Notes: a model not told the origin generated them from the letters alone. Shown: positions 9,307 to 17,828, counted from the first letter of the stretch. The stretch is 40,620 nucleotides of DNA from Chloroflexota bacterium (GCA_034421255.1 DAOUKN010000210.1:1-40620); one strand, 5' to 3'. Translations and numbers: made by a program.

Positions 9307-9650
9307 CAGGCGGCCATCGCCGCCAAGGGCTCCTTTTCCCCGGGTACCACTTGTGCCGCACCCACCCACGAGCGCGTCTCCAGATCGAAGTACGACTGAC
9401 CAGACTTCACGTAGTCGTGAGCGGCGTGCCAGGCGACACCAGCCCGGCCAAGTTGGACTTCAAGCTGGCCAAGCTCCCGCGTGTCCTCGATGAATTCCTG
9501 GAGGAGCGTAAAGAAGTTGCTGCGGGCGTCGTCACGCGACCATCCATACGCTGTGAGACCCAGTGGACGAAACCGTGCGGTGTGCAATCCGTCGGGGAAC
9601 GTCTCGTATTCAACGGTCGTCATCACCACCACTTTCGAGCTCCCAGTCAT
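9306..9650 (-). CDS. HicB-like (UPF0150 fold) putative antitoxin
   Basis: 114 aa. RBS GGAGAG lies 4 nt before ATG 9650. VEYETFPDGLHTARFRPLGLTAYGWSRDDARSNFFTLLQEFIED follows the HicB N-domain pattern (x-E-x-E-x-DG-x-A-x-P-LxG-x-x-G-x-T-x-x-EA-x-x-N). It lies in a lower-GC islet. Confidence 0.35.
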   Translation of the reverse strand: MTGSSKVVVMTTVEYETFPDGLHTARFRPLGLTAYGWSRDDARSNFFTLLQEFIEDTRELGQLEVQLGRAGVAWHAAHDYVKSGQSYFDLETRSWVGAAQVVPGEKEPLAAMAA

Positions 9651-10010
9651 CCGACTCTCCTCAGCACGACCCCGAGTACTGGGGACGCGTAGTCGTACAC
9701 ACAGACCCTAGTCGCAGACTTGCGTTTTTCCAACGGGCCGTCCCGCACACCAACCCCGATTTGTCACCTGAACGTAGGACACTAGGGCCATCGGGGACGC
9801 CTCAACGCTGCGTCACGCGCGGGGCCGGCGGTGCGCTGGGACTGCCGCAGGGCGTCTCGCGGCGTGAGGAAGCGCGTGTTTCGGAGGCTGAGCTGTCGGG
9901 GACCGCTGCTATCCTGCCTCGGGGCGCCAGATCCGGCCCACGTCGGGCCGTCCGGGCTACGGTGCGGGGGCTCGCCTTGGCTCGTCGGTCTGCCCCAAGG
10001 CTTCCAGCAC

Positions 10011-11576
10011 GTGGCGAACCCATCCCCATCGGCGGGCGCTCGACTCCCGCGCCCTGCCGCCGGACGCTATTCGCGGCGCGCCATCTTGCGCGCCCTGCCG
10101 CTTGCCGTGGCGGCCGGGGTCACGGGATGCGACCTGGGTCCGCCGGACTCTGATCTGCCGCCATTGACTCCGCTCCCGGTTGAAGTCGTCAACGTGCCGC
10201 GGTATACGCCAACGCCGAGCCCGACGCCTTCCGCGCCCACGACGCTCGCCGCGGCCGAGGCGACGCCGCTTCCGTCCGGCACGACAATCCGATTCGCGGG
10301 CTGGGGCGCTTCGACCGAGCAGGACGCGCTCCGCCAGGTGCTGGCGGCCTTCGAGCAGGCCCAGCCCGAGGTCGATCTCGACGTGCGGCTGGACAACGTC
10401 TGGGCGGGGGAGGGCATGCGCGCCGGGCTGGCTGACGGCATTGACGCGGACGTGGTGCGGGTGGCGGCGGACGACGTGTTCGACCTGACGGCCGGCGGCT
10501 ATCTGGCGCCACTGGACGAGTTCGTGGCGCGCGACGTCGGTCTGGACGACCTTGCGCCGGCGGCGATAGAGGCGCGGACTGGACCCGGCGGGGAGATTAC
10601 CGCTCTCAGCATTGGCGCGGCCTACCTCGGCGTGTTCTACAACGAGGCCCACCTGGAGCTGGCCGGTGTCGAGCCGCCATCGAGCTGGGAGGATTCCTGG
10701 TCGATCGCCGAGTTCGAGTTTGCCGCGCGACGCCTCACGGCGGCGGATGAAGACCGTGTGGATCGCTATGGGCTCGCCGCTGTGCCGTGGTTGACTCGGG
10801 CCGCGCTGGCCGACGCGGCAGGGCTGACCGGGTCGGACGCGTTCTTTGCTCCGGATCAGACCCGATCCACGATGCAGGCGGCCGTGCACGCGCGCACCCT
10901 GGGGCGCATGGCGGGCTGGCGGAGCCGGTCACAGATGGAGCTTGGCATCGAGGAGCGCTTTGGGACGCCGTTCAACGGCGGGCAGGTGGCGCTGTACGTC
11001 GACGCCAGCGACTTCGCGCCGCTGGTGCGGCCGACGGTCCCATGGGGCGTGGCGCCGCTGCCCGCGTGGACCGACGGATCCCCAGTGACGGAAGGCGTGG
11101 AGATTTGCATTGCCGTCAATGGGGCCACGGAAGACCCTGAGCCGGCCTGGCGGCTGGCCCAGTCATTTCTGGAGCCCGAGGCGCAGCGGGCGCTGGCGCG
11201 CAGCGACGCCGCGGTCCCATTTCGCCGCTCGGTGCTGCGCGAGCCGGCCTTTCGCGACCCGAATCGGCCGCCCGCCGACCGCACCGCCTGGAGCGGCGCC
11301 ATTGCGCACGACTTGCAGACGCCGTCGAATCCCGGATCAAAGGCCTGGCACGTGCTGACCGGAGCCCCCATTGAAGCCGTCCGGCGCGGTGAAACCGAGG
11401 CCGACGCGTTTCTCGAACAAGCCGACCAGCTCATCACGCGCAAACTGGAGGCGCACGAGTGGTCGGTGGCGAAGGATGTTCCGGGCTACCGGAGGCCGCC
11501 GTCGCTGGGCAACGTGATGCTGCGCGAGTCCGACGAACGGCGGGAGCAGGAGCGGCGCAGCCGCACGGCTCCCTAG
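10011..11576 (+). CDS. Extracellular solute-binding protein (ABC sugar-type, family 1), Tat/lipoprotein signal
   Basis: The longest ORF starts at GTG 9831, but its first 60 codons look non-coding. In-frame GTG 10011 gives ...GRYSRRAILRALPLAVAAGVTGC (twin-Arg plus lipobox), then a Pro/Thr linker and an SBP-like body (IRFAGWGASTEQDALRQVLAAFEQAQPEVDLDV...). The start is uncertain. No cognate permease genes are adjacent. Confidence 0.6.
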   Translation: MANPSPSAGARLPRPAAGRYSRRAILRALPLAVAAGVTGCDLGPPDSDLPPLTPLPVEVVNVPRYTPTPSPTPSAPTTLAAAEATPLPSGTTIRFAGWGASTEQDALRQVLAAFEQAQPEVDLDVRLDNVWAGEGMRAGLADGIDADVVRVAADDVFDLTAGGYLAPLDEFVARDVGLDDLAPAAIEARTGPGGEITALSIGAAYLGVFYNEAHLELAGVEPPSSWEDSWSIAEFEFAARRLTAADEDRVDRYGLAAVPWLTRAALADAAGLTGSDAFFAPDQTRSTMQAAVHARTLGRMAGWRSRSQMELGIEERFGTPFNGGQVALYVDASDFAPLVRPTVPWGVAPLPAWTDGSPVTEGVEICIAVNGATEDPEPAWRLAQSFLEPEAQRALARSDAAVPFRRSVLREPAFRDPNRPPADRTAWSGAIAHDLQTPSNPGSKAWHVLTGAPIEAVRRGETEADAFLEQADQLITRKLEAHEWSVAKDVPGYRRPPSLGNVMLRESDERREQERRSRTAP

Positions 11577-11588
11577 GTTTAGGCGAGG

Positions 11589-14500
11589 TCAGCCGGTCTC
11601 GCAGTAGGGCAGACCAAGCTCGACTAGATCACTGTCCGGCACCTCGCGCAACCCCGCGGGAACGCACCCGGTGAATTGGTTGCTTCCGCCGAGATAGAGC
11701 CCGCGCAGATTGGTCAAGTGGCTTAGTTCCGGCGGGATCTCGCCGTGCAGCAGGTTCCCGTCGAGATACAGCCCTTGCAGGTTGGTCAGGCGGCCCAGCT
11801 CGGCTGGGATCGTTCCACGCAGTTGGTTGTCCCAGAGGGATAGCTGCACGAGGTTGGCAAGGCGACCCAGCTCGGCGGGAATCGATCCACTCAGTTGGTT
11901 GCCGGCGAGCGAAAGGCCCCCCAGGTTCGTGAGGCTGCCGAGCTCAGCGGGGATCGGGCCGGTTAGCCGGTTTAGGTCGAGATACAACGCTTCCAAGTTG
12001 GCGAGACGACCCAATGCGGGTGGAATCTCCCCATGCAACTGGTTCCCGGTGAGAAAAAGCCCTCCCAGGTTCGCAAGGTTGCCCAACTCGGCGGGGATGC
12101 GCCCGCCCAACTGGTTGTCGTTGAGGCCCAGCACTTGCAGCCTGGCGAGACCGCCCAGCGTGGCTGGGATTGTCCCGCGCAGGTGGTTGGCACCGAGAAT
12201 CAACACGCGGAGGTTGGTGAGATTCGGGAGGTCGGGCAAGAGCTCCCCATGCAGTTGATCGCTCATGTGGCCCAGTTCCGGCGGGATCGCGCCTCGCAAC
12301 TGGTTGTCGCTGAGGTCCAAGACTTCGAGGTTGCCGAGGCGGCCGAGGTCGGGTGGGATGGTTCCGGTCAACCGGTTCCGGTTGAGTTCGAGCGCCTGCA
12401 GATTGGAGAGGAGGCCAAGCTCTGGTGGGATGTTCCCGACGAGACCGTTCTCCCGGAGCTGCAACCCCGTGACCCGACCGGCGTCGTTGGTGGTGACCCC
12501 GTGCCATTCGTCGAGGGGCGCCTCGCTGAGCCAGTTGGTGCTGTCGGTCCAACTTGAACCGTCGCTGGCGTCGTAGAGCGCGACGAGGGCGGCCCTGTCG
12601 GCGGCGATTGCGAACTCGGCGCAGAACAATAGGCCGGCGTCGCGGAGGTCGCTGTTTGGCAAGAGCCGTAGCTCGTCGGGGATACATCCGACGAAGCGGT
12701 TGCCTCCGCCGAGATTCAGTTCGTTCAAGTGGTCAAGCCGACCCAGCGCGGCCGGAATCTTTCCGCTCAAGAGGTTATGCCGGAGCGACAGGTAGGTCAG
12801 CTTGGCGAGGTTCCCCAACTGGATCGGGATCGCCCCTGTGAGCTGATTGTCCGCGAGCCACAGCACCTCCAGGTTGGCCAGGCGCCCCAACTCGTGCGGA
12901 ATCGGCCCCGTGAGCTGGTTGGATCCGAGCCGGAGATCTTGCAGATTGGCGAGGCGCCCCAGGTCGGGCGGAATAGTCCCGCGCAGTTGGTTCTTCGAGA
13001 GTTCCAGAACCGCCAGTTGCGCAAGGTCGCCCAACTCGGACGGGAGCTCGCCCGAGAGTTCATTGCTTTGGAGGCGCAGGGCGGTTACCTGGCCATCGGA
13101 GTTCGTGGTTACACCGTGCCATTCGCCGATGGGAGCCTCGCCGAGCCAGTGGCGGCTGTTGGTCCAACTCGGACCGTTGGTGGCGTGGTAGAACGCGATC
13201 AGCGCGGCACGATCCTCGGCGCTTTCGCTGAGCCCGCAGGGCCACAGATCGAGATCTTGAAAGTCGTTGGCTTCGATGGCACGCACCGCGGTGGGAATGC
13301 ACCCAGTGAATTGGTTGCCGCCGCTGAGCCGCACGAAGCTCAGGTTGGGGATGCGGCCCAACTCGGACGGGATAGGCCCATGCAGCTGGTTCCCGTCGAG
13401 ACGCAGCCATTCCAGCTTGGTGAGATTGCCCAGCTGGGGCGGGATAGTTCCCTGCAGCCGGTTGTTGCTGAGCTTCAAGGTCCTTAGCTGGGTGAGACCG
13501 CCCAGCTCGGATGGAATTGGACCCTGTAACTGGTTCTGATCCAGCGACAGCCATTCCAGCTTGGTGAGTCGACCCAATTGGCGCGGAATCTCTCCGGTGA
13601 GTTGGTTGTCGCGGAGCCCAAGACTCGTCAGGTTGGCAAGGTGCCCTAGCTCCGACGGAATCTGCCCCGTGAGTCGATTCACATCGATGAAGAGGAGACG
13701 CAATCGGGAGAGGTTTCCCAAATCGGGTGGAATCTCCCCAGACAACCGGTTGTTTGCGAGGTCCAGCAATTCAAGTCTGGAGAGATTTCCCAGTTCGGGC
13801 GGGATGCTCTCGGCAAGCTGGTTGGAACCGAGCCAGAGCAAGACTAGGTTGGCGAGACCTCCCAGGTGGGGTGGAATGGCTTCGCTCAGCTGGTTGCTAT
13901 GGAGGGCCAGCGTCACGAGACTAGTCAAACCGCCGAGTTCCAATGGGATCGCCCCACTCAGGCGGTTTTCTTCAAGCGACAAATCCGTCAGCTTGGTGAG
14001 CTGACCCAGCTCGGCGGGGATGACGCCACTGAGTTGGTTGCGACCGAGGGTGAGGTTTCGCAGCTCGGTGAGACTCCCCAACTCCGGTGGAATCGTGCCC
14101 AGCAACTGGTTGCTGAAGAGATCCAACTCTCGCAGGTCGACCAGGCGGCCAAGCTCAGCCGGAATGCGGCCATGCAGACTGTTGAGGGAGAGACTCAGCA
14201 CCCTCAGGTTGGAGAGATCGCCGAGCTCCGGCGGCATCTGGCCGCGCAACCCGTTGTCGGAGAGGTCTAACACGGTGACTCGGCCAGCGCCGTCGGTGGT
14301 GACGCCGTGCCACTCGCCGACGGGCGCGTCGCTGAGCCAGTTGGTGTTGGTGGTCCAGGTCGGCCCGTCGGTGGCGTGGAAGAGCGCGACGAGGGCAGTT
14401 TTTTCAGCATGGGCCGTCGCGTCCGCGCAGAACGGCACGTCGAGCTCGGTGAGGTCGATGTATGCGACAGCCTGCAGCCGGTCGGGAATGCAGCCCGCGA

Positions 14501-17057
14501 TCTGATTCTCTCCGAGACGAAGCGACTCCAGGTTGCGGAGGCTGCCGAGTTCGGGTGGGATTTCTCCTCTGAGCTGGTTGGCGTCAAGGTGCAAGGCCTT
14601 CAGATTGGTGAGCTGCGACAACTCGACCGGGATACTCCCCAGCAGCGCGTTCTGGCTCAGACGCAGGGATTCCAGAATGTCCAAGTGGCCCAACGCGGGC
14701 GGAATGGTCCCGCTCAGCCGGTTGGCGCCGAGGTGCAAGACCCGCAGATTCGTGAGGCTTGCCAACTCGACCGGGATGTTCCCTCGCAGCGCGTTGTGAC
14801 TCAGATTCAGGGTTTCCAAGGCAGCGAGGTTCTCCAACGCGGATGGGATCGGCCCGCCCAGCTCGTTGCCGCTGAGGTCCAGCACTTCCAGGCTGGTGAG
14901 ATGGCCCAGCGTGGTTGGAATGGTCCCGCGCAACTGGTTGCCACCGAGATTCAACACCTGGAGCTTGGCAAGACTGGGCAGGCCGGGTGCAACCTCTCCA
15001 CTCGGCTGGTCGCCCGCGAGCGCCGGCCGGTCCGAGATGAGGAGCCGGCCCAGTTCCGGCGGGATCGCCCCTCGCAACTGATTGGCGCTGAGGTCCAGGA
15101 CCTCCAGATTGCCCAGTCGGCCGAGGGCGGGCGGGATGATTCCGGCGAGACCGTTCTCCCGGAGCTGCAGCCCCGTGACCCGGCCGGTGGAGTCGAGGGT
15201 GACGCCGTGCCATGCGCCGAGGTGAGCATCGCTCATCCAGTTCGTGCTGTTTTTCCAGTTCGCCCCATTGGTCGCGTGGTAGAGGGCGACCAGCGCGGTG
15301 CGATCGACGGCGGCGGTTTCGGGGCAAAACGGCAGCTCAAGCCAGGCGAGGTCGCTCTGCGGCACGTTTTCCAACGGCGCGGGGATGCACCCGGTGAGCT
15401 GGTTGCTCCCGGCAAGCCACAGCGCCTGCAGATTGGAGAGATTGGCCAGCTCGGGCGGTATGGGCCCTTGCAGCTGGTTGCCGGAGAGGATCAGCTGTTC
15501 CAGGTTGGCGAGCCCGGCCAGCTCAGGCGGTATGGCGCCCTGCAGTTGATTGTCGTTGAGATAGAGCGATTGCAGATTGAACAGGCGGCCGAGCTCGGGC
15601 GGGATCTCCCCCTGCAACTGGTTTCCGGAGATCCAGAGCGACTCGAGGTGGCTGAGGCGGCCCAACTCGGGCGGGAGCTGCCCGCTCAACTGGTTGTTGC
15701 TGAGTTCCAGCCATACCAGATTGGGAAGGCTTCCCAATTCAGGCGGTATGGGTCCGCTGAGCTGGTTTCCGCCCAGTCCCAGCGACGTCAGGTTGACGAG
15801 GCGGCCCAGCTCGGGCGGGATCTGCCCGTGGAGGTGATTCTCGCCGAGGATCAAGCGATCGAGGTTTGTGAGGCGACTCAACCTGGGCGGGATCTCTCCA
15901 GTCAGCCCGTTTTCCCCGAGCCACAAGGCCGTGACGCGTCCACTCTCGTCGGTGTTGACCCCATACCACTTGTCAAGGGACGCCTCGCTGAGCCATCCAC
16001 TGCTATTGATCCAGTTCGGTCCGTCGGTGGTGCGGTAGAGCGCGACCAGCGCGGCCCTGTCCGTGGCGGCTGAGGGCGTCACAGCCGCGTCGGGATCGGC
16101 GGCGCAGAGAGCCAGCCCGAGCTCGTCGAGATCATTGATCGCGACGTCCCACAACTCAGCCGGGATGCATCCGGTGAATTGGTCGTTGCCGCCGAGCTGC
16201 AGCACCTCCAGGTTGGCGAGGCGGACCAACTCGGCGGGGATCGTTCCGGTGAGCAGGTTTTGGTGCAGCTGGAGCTCGCTCAGGTGCTCCAGGCGTCCCA
16301 ATTCAGCGGGGATCGCGCCGGTCAACTGGTTGTGGTCGAGGAGGAGCCGGCGCAGGTTGGCAAGACGACCCAACTCGGGCGGGATCGCGCCGCTCAGCTG
16401 ATTCCCCGAAAGCGCGAGCGTTTCCAGCTCGGAGAGGTCGCCCAGCTCGGACGGTAATGCGCCGGTCAACTGGTTGGCATCGAGTTGGAGCGCGCGCAGG
16501 TTGGCGAGACGGCCCAGCTCCGGCGGGATCACCCCGCGCAATCGGTTCGCGGAGAGGTTTAGCCCTCGGAGGTTCGCCAGGCGCCCGAGATCGGCCGGGA
16601 GTTCACCAACCAATTGGTTTGCCCGGAGCGACAGTTGGCTCAGACTGGTGAGACTGCCCAGTTCGGCGGGGATGGTCCCACTCAGCTGGTTATCGCCGAG
16701 CCCCAAGACGGTCAGGTTGGCCAGCCGGCCCAGCTCGGGCGGCAGCTCCCCGCTGAGCCGGTTGCTGTTGAGCCAGAGCTGTTGCAGGCCGGCCAGACGC
16801 CCGAGCTCGGATGGCAGCGCTCCGCCCAATTGGTTTCCGCTAAGGTCGGCCACGCGCAGGTTGGCCAAACTGCCGAGCGCGGGCGGGAGTTCGCCAACCA
16901 ATCCGTTTTCGGCGAGGCGGAGCTCCGTGACTTGCCCCTGGACGTCCGTGGTGACGCCGTGCCACTCGCCGAGCGGCGCCTCGCTGAGCCAGTTGGTATT
17001 GGCGGTCCAGTTCGCGCCGTCAGTCGCCTGGTAGAGCGCGACCAGCGCATCCCGATC
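11589..17057 (-). repeat. Coding tandem repeats: 72-nt LRR units organised in six supermodules
   Basis: Module starts, counted by hand from the protein, are aa 34, 366, 618, 918, 1315 and 1520. These correspond to nt 17057, 16061, 15305, 14405, 13214 and 12599. Repeat counts per module are 11, 8, 10, 14, 6 and 11, plus one truncated unit. Confidence 0.85.
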
Positions 17058-17156
17058 AGTCGAGGGCGTTTGCGCTGAAGCCGTCGTCGGCGCTCGGCCC
17101 GTCGCGGCGAACGCGGCAACGAGCATAAGCGTCAAGGCGACGGCGCGAACGGTCAC
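11589..17156 (-). CDS. Giant secreted leucine-rich-repeat protein: six concatenated plant-type LRR modules (about 60 LRRs)
   Basis: 1855-aa ORF. GTG start with AGGAGG 8 nt upstream and a signal-like N-terminus, MTVRAVALTLMLVAAFAATG. There are six modules. Each has an N-cap DRAALVALYxATxGxxW..NWLSxAPLxEWHGVTT....GRVTxLxL. Each then has 6-14 repeats of the 24-aa unit LxxLxxLxLxxNxLxGxIPxELGx. Each ends in a C-cap GGNQFTGCIP-x-C. Confidence 0.9.
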   Translation of the reverse strand: MTVRAVALTLMLVAAFAATGRAPTTASAQTPSTDRDALVALYQATDGANWTANTNWLSEAPLGEWHGVTTDVQGQVTELRLAENGLVGELPPALGSLANLRVADLSGNQLGGALPSELGRLAGLQQLWLNSNRLSGELPPELGRLANLTVLGLGDNQLSGTIPAELGSLTSLSQLSLRANQLVGELPADLGRLANLRGLNLSANRLRGVIPPELGRLANLRALQLDANQLTGALPSELGDLSELETLALSGNQLSGAIPPELGRLANLRRLLLDHNQLTGAIPAELGRLEHLSELQLHQNLLTGTIPAELVRLANLEVLQLGGNDQFTGCIPAELWDVAINDLDELGLALCAADPDAAVTPSAATDRAALVALYRTTDGPNWINSSGWLSEASLDKWYGVNTDESGRVTALWLGENGLTGEIPPRLSRLTNLDRLILGENHLHGQIPPELGRLVNLTSLGLGGNQLSGPIPPELGSLPNLVWLELSNNQLSGQLPPELGRLSHLESLWISGNQLQGEIPPELGRLFNLQSLYLNDNQLQGAIPPELAGLANLEQLILSGNQLQGPIPPELANLSNLQALWLAGSNQLTGCIPAPLENVPQSDLAWLELPFCPETAAVDRTALVALYHATNGANWKNSTNWMSDAHLGAWHGVTLDSTGRVTGLQLRENGLAGIIPPALGRLGNLEVLDLSANQLRGAIPPELGRLLISDRPALAGDQPSGEVAPGLPSLAKLQVLNLGGNQLRGTIPTTLGHLTSLEVLDLSGNELGGPIPSALENLAALETLNLSHNALRGNIPVELASLTNLRVLHLGANRLSGTIPPALGHLDILESLRLSQNALLGSIPVELSQLTNLKALHLDANQLRGEIPPELGSLRNLESLRLGENQIAGCIPDRLQAVAYIDLTELDVPFCADATAHAEKTALVALFHATDGPTWTTNTNWLSDAPVGEWHGVTTDGAGRVTVLDLSDNGLRGQMPPELGDLSNLRVLSLSLNSLHGRIPAELGRLVDLRELDLFSNQLLGTIPPELGSLTELRNLTLGRNQLSGVIPAELGQLTKLTDLSLEENRLSGAIPLELGGLTSLVTLALHSNQLSEAIPPHLGGLANLVLLWLGSNQLAESIPPELGNLSRLELLDLANNRLSGEIPPDLGNLSRLRLLFIDVNRLTGQIPSELGHLANLTSLGLRDNQLTGEIPRQLGRLTKLEWLSLDQNQLQGPIPSELGGLTQLRTLKLSNNRLQGTIPPQLGNLTKLEWLRLDGNQLHGPIPSELGRIPNLSFVRLSGGNQFTGCIPTAVRAIEANDFQDLDLWPCGLSESAEDRAALIAFYHATNGPSWTNSRHWLGEAPIGEWHGVTTNSDGQVTALRLQSNELSGELPSELGDLAQLAVLELSKNQLRGTIPPDLGRLANLQDLRLGSNQLTGPIPHELGRLANLEVLWLADNQLTGAIPIQLGNLAKLTYLSLRHNLLSGKIPAALGRLDHLNELNLGGGNRFVGCIPDELRLLPNSDLRDAGLLFCAEFAIAADRAALVALYDASDGSSWTDSTNWLSEAPLDEWHGVTTNDAGRVTGLQLRENGLVGNIPPELGLLSNLQALELNRNRLTGTIPPDLGRLGNLEVLDLSDNQLRGAIPPELGHMSDQLHGELLPDLPNLTNLRVLILGANHLRGTIPATLGGLARLQVLGLNDNQLGGRIPAELGNLANLGGLFLTGNQLHGEIPPALGRLANLEALYLDLNRLTGPIPAELGSLTNLGGLSLAGNQLSGSIPAELGRLANLVQLSLWDNQLRGTIPAELGRLTNLQGLYLDGNLLHGEIPPELSHLTNLRGLYLGGSNQFTGCVPAGLREVPDSDLVELGLPYCETG

Positions 17157-17163
17157 TGGCGCT

Positions 17164-17178
17164 GCCTCCTAAGGAGGC
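17164..17178 (-). promoter_or_regulatory. Inverted repeat covering the Shine-Dalgarno of the giant LRR gene
   Basis: The + strand reads gcctcct-a-aggaggc, i.e. 7-nt arms. On the mRNA this is GCCUCCUUAGGAGGC followed by agcgcca-GUG. The 5' arm is an anti-SD mimic that could pair with the SD, e.g. a 5-bp stem GCCUC/GAGGC with loop CUUAG. Confidence 0.35.
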
Positions 17179-17196
17179 GGTGTCCTGGAGCTTTAC

Positions 17197-17222
17197 CCAT
17201 GCTTGAGCCGCGGCAAGCATGG
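17197..17222 (-). terminator. Hairpin between the DUF4352 ORF and the giant LRR gene
   Basis: ccatgcttg-agccgcgg-caagcatgg: a 9-bp perfect stem with an 8-nt loop. No U-tract follows on the minus strand, so terminator function is uncertain. Confidence 0.3.
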
Positions 17223-17312
17223 CCGAAGCCCTGGCGCGGGGCAACCGTGGACGGGGTGGCTCTGGATTGGCCCCGGAGGCAGCCCGCGACCTGGGATTGA
17301 GTCAGAGCGTGC

Positions 17313-17762
17313 TTAGGGGTTGGGTACCTCGAAGCGGAAGCCCTCGATGTCGATTTCGAGGTCAACCAAACCCGGGTCGATGTCAAACACCACGGCCACC
17401 GTGGCTGTCTCTCCGCCTGGCACGGCCTCGACCAGGAACAGCGGCCGACCCTCCGCTTCCTGCGAGGCCATGCCGAGAAGCCCATTGACGCCGGGCGAGT
17501 CCACGGCAATTTCGTTGCCACCCGGCTCGATGAGCACGATGTTGGCCTTGGAAACGACGATGTTGCCGCTGTCGTTGGTGTTGGTGAACGCGATGGTCAC
17601 GACCAGGTACAAGCCATTCTTGGGCCGGTACGGTGAGCCGCGAACCTGCGCCAGCTGCTCGAACCGCTGCACCGAAACCAGCGTCAAGTTGAACCCACGT
17701 GATGTGAATAGGGTGTCGCCTACCGTGGGAAGGAAGGTGCGCCATTCGGCGCGTTCCGCCAC
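17313..17762 (-). CDS. DUF4352-like beta-sandwich domain protein, no signal peptide (possibly a detached domain)
   Basis: 149 aa. NLTLVSVQRFEQL....GLYLVVTIAFTNTNDSGNIVVSKANIVLIEPGGNEIAV.....VPGGETATVAVVFDIDPG fits the DUF4352 pattern. The GTG start has no obvious SD. It is in the same frame as the upstream LRR ORF (see findings). Confidence 0.5.
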   Translation of the reverse strand: MAERAEWRTFLPTVGDTLFTSRGFNLTLVSVQRFEQLAQVRGSPYRPKNGLYLVVTIAFTNTNDSGNIVVSKANIVLIEPGGNEIAVDSPGVNGLLGMASQEAEGRPLFLVEAVPGGETATVAVVFDIDPGLVDLEIDIEGFRFEVPNP

Positions 17763-17828
17763 GGCTTCAGCCGTGGCCTCAGCCGAAGCCTCGGCCTAGG
17801 TCTCGGCCTCCGCCTCCTCCTCGCTGGT

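Noticed and set aside
9230-9699. 10-nt direct repeat gtagtcgtac at about 9230 and about 9690, flanking the HicB-like gene
   Set aside because: A 10-mer match within about 1 kb is expected by chance about as often as not, and there is no extended similarity around it.
11710-17078. Many long + strand ORFs (e.g. 14307..16073, 588 aa) and out-of-frame minus ORFs inside the LRR gene
   Set aside because: These are periodic antisense or alternative-frame shadows created by the 72-nt coding repeat. Their translations are repetitive Arg/Pro/Ser or Gln/Leu/Val strings without start-site support.
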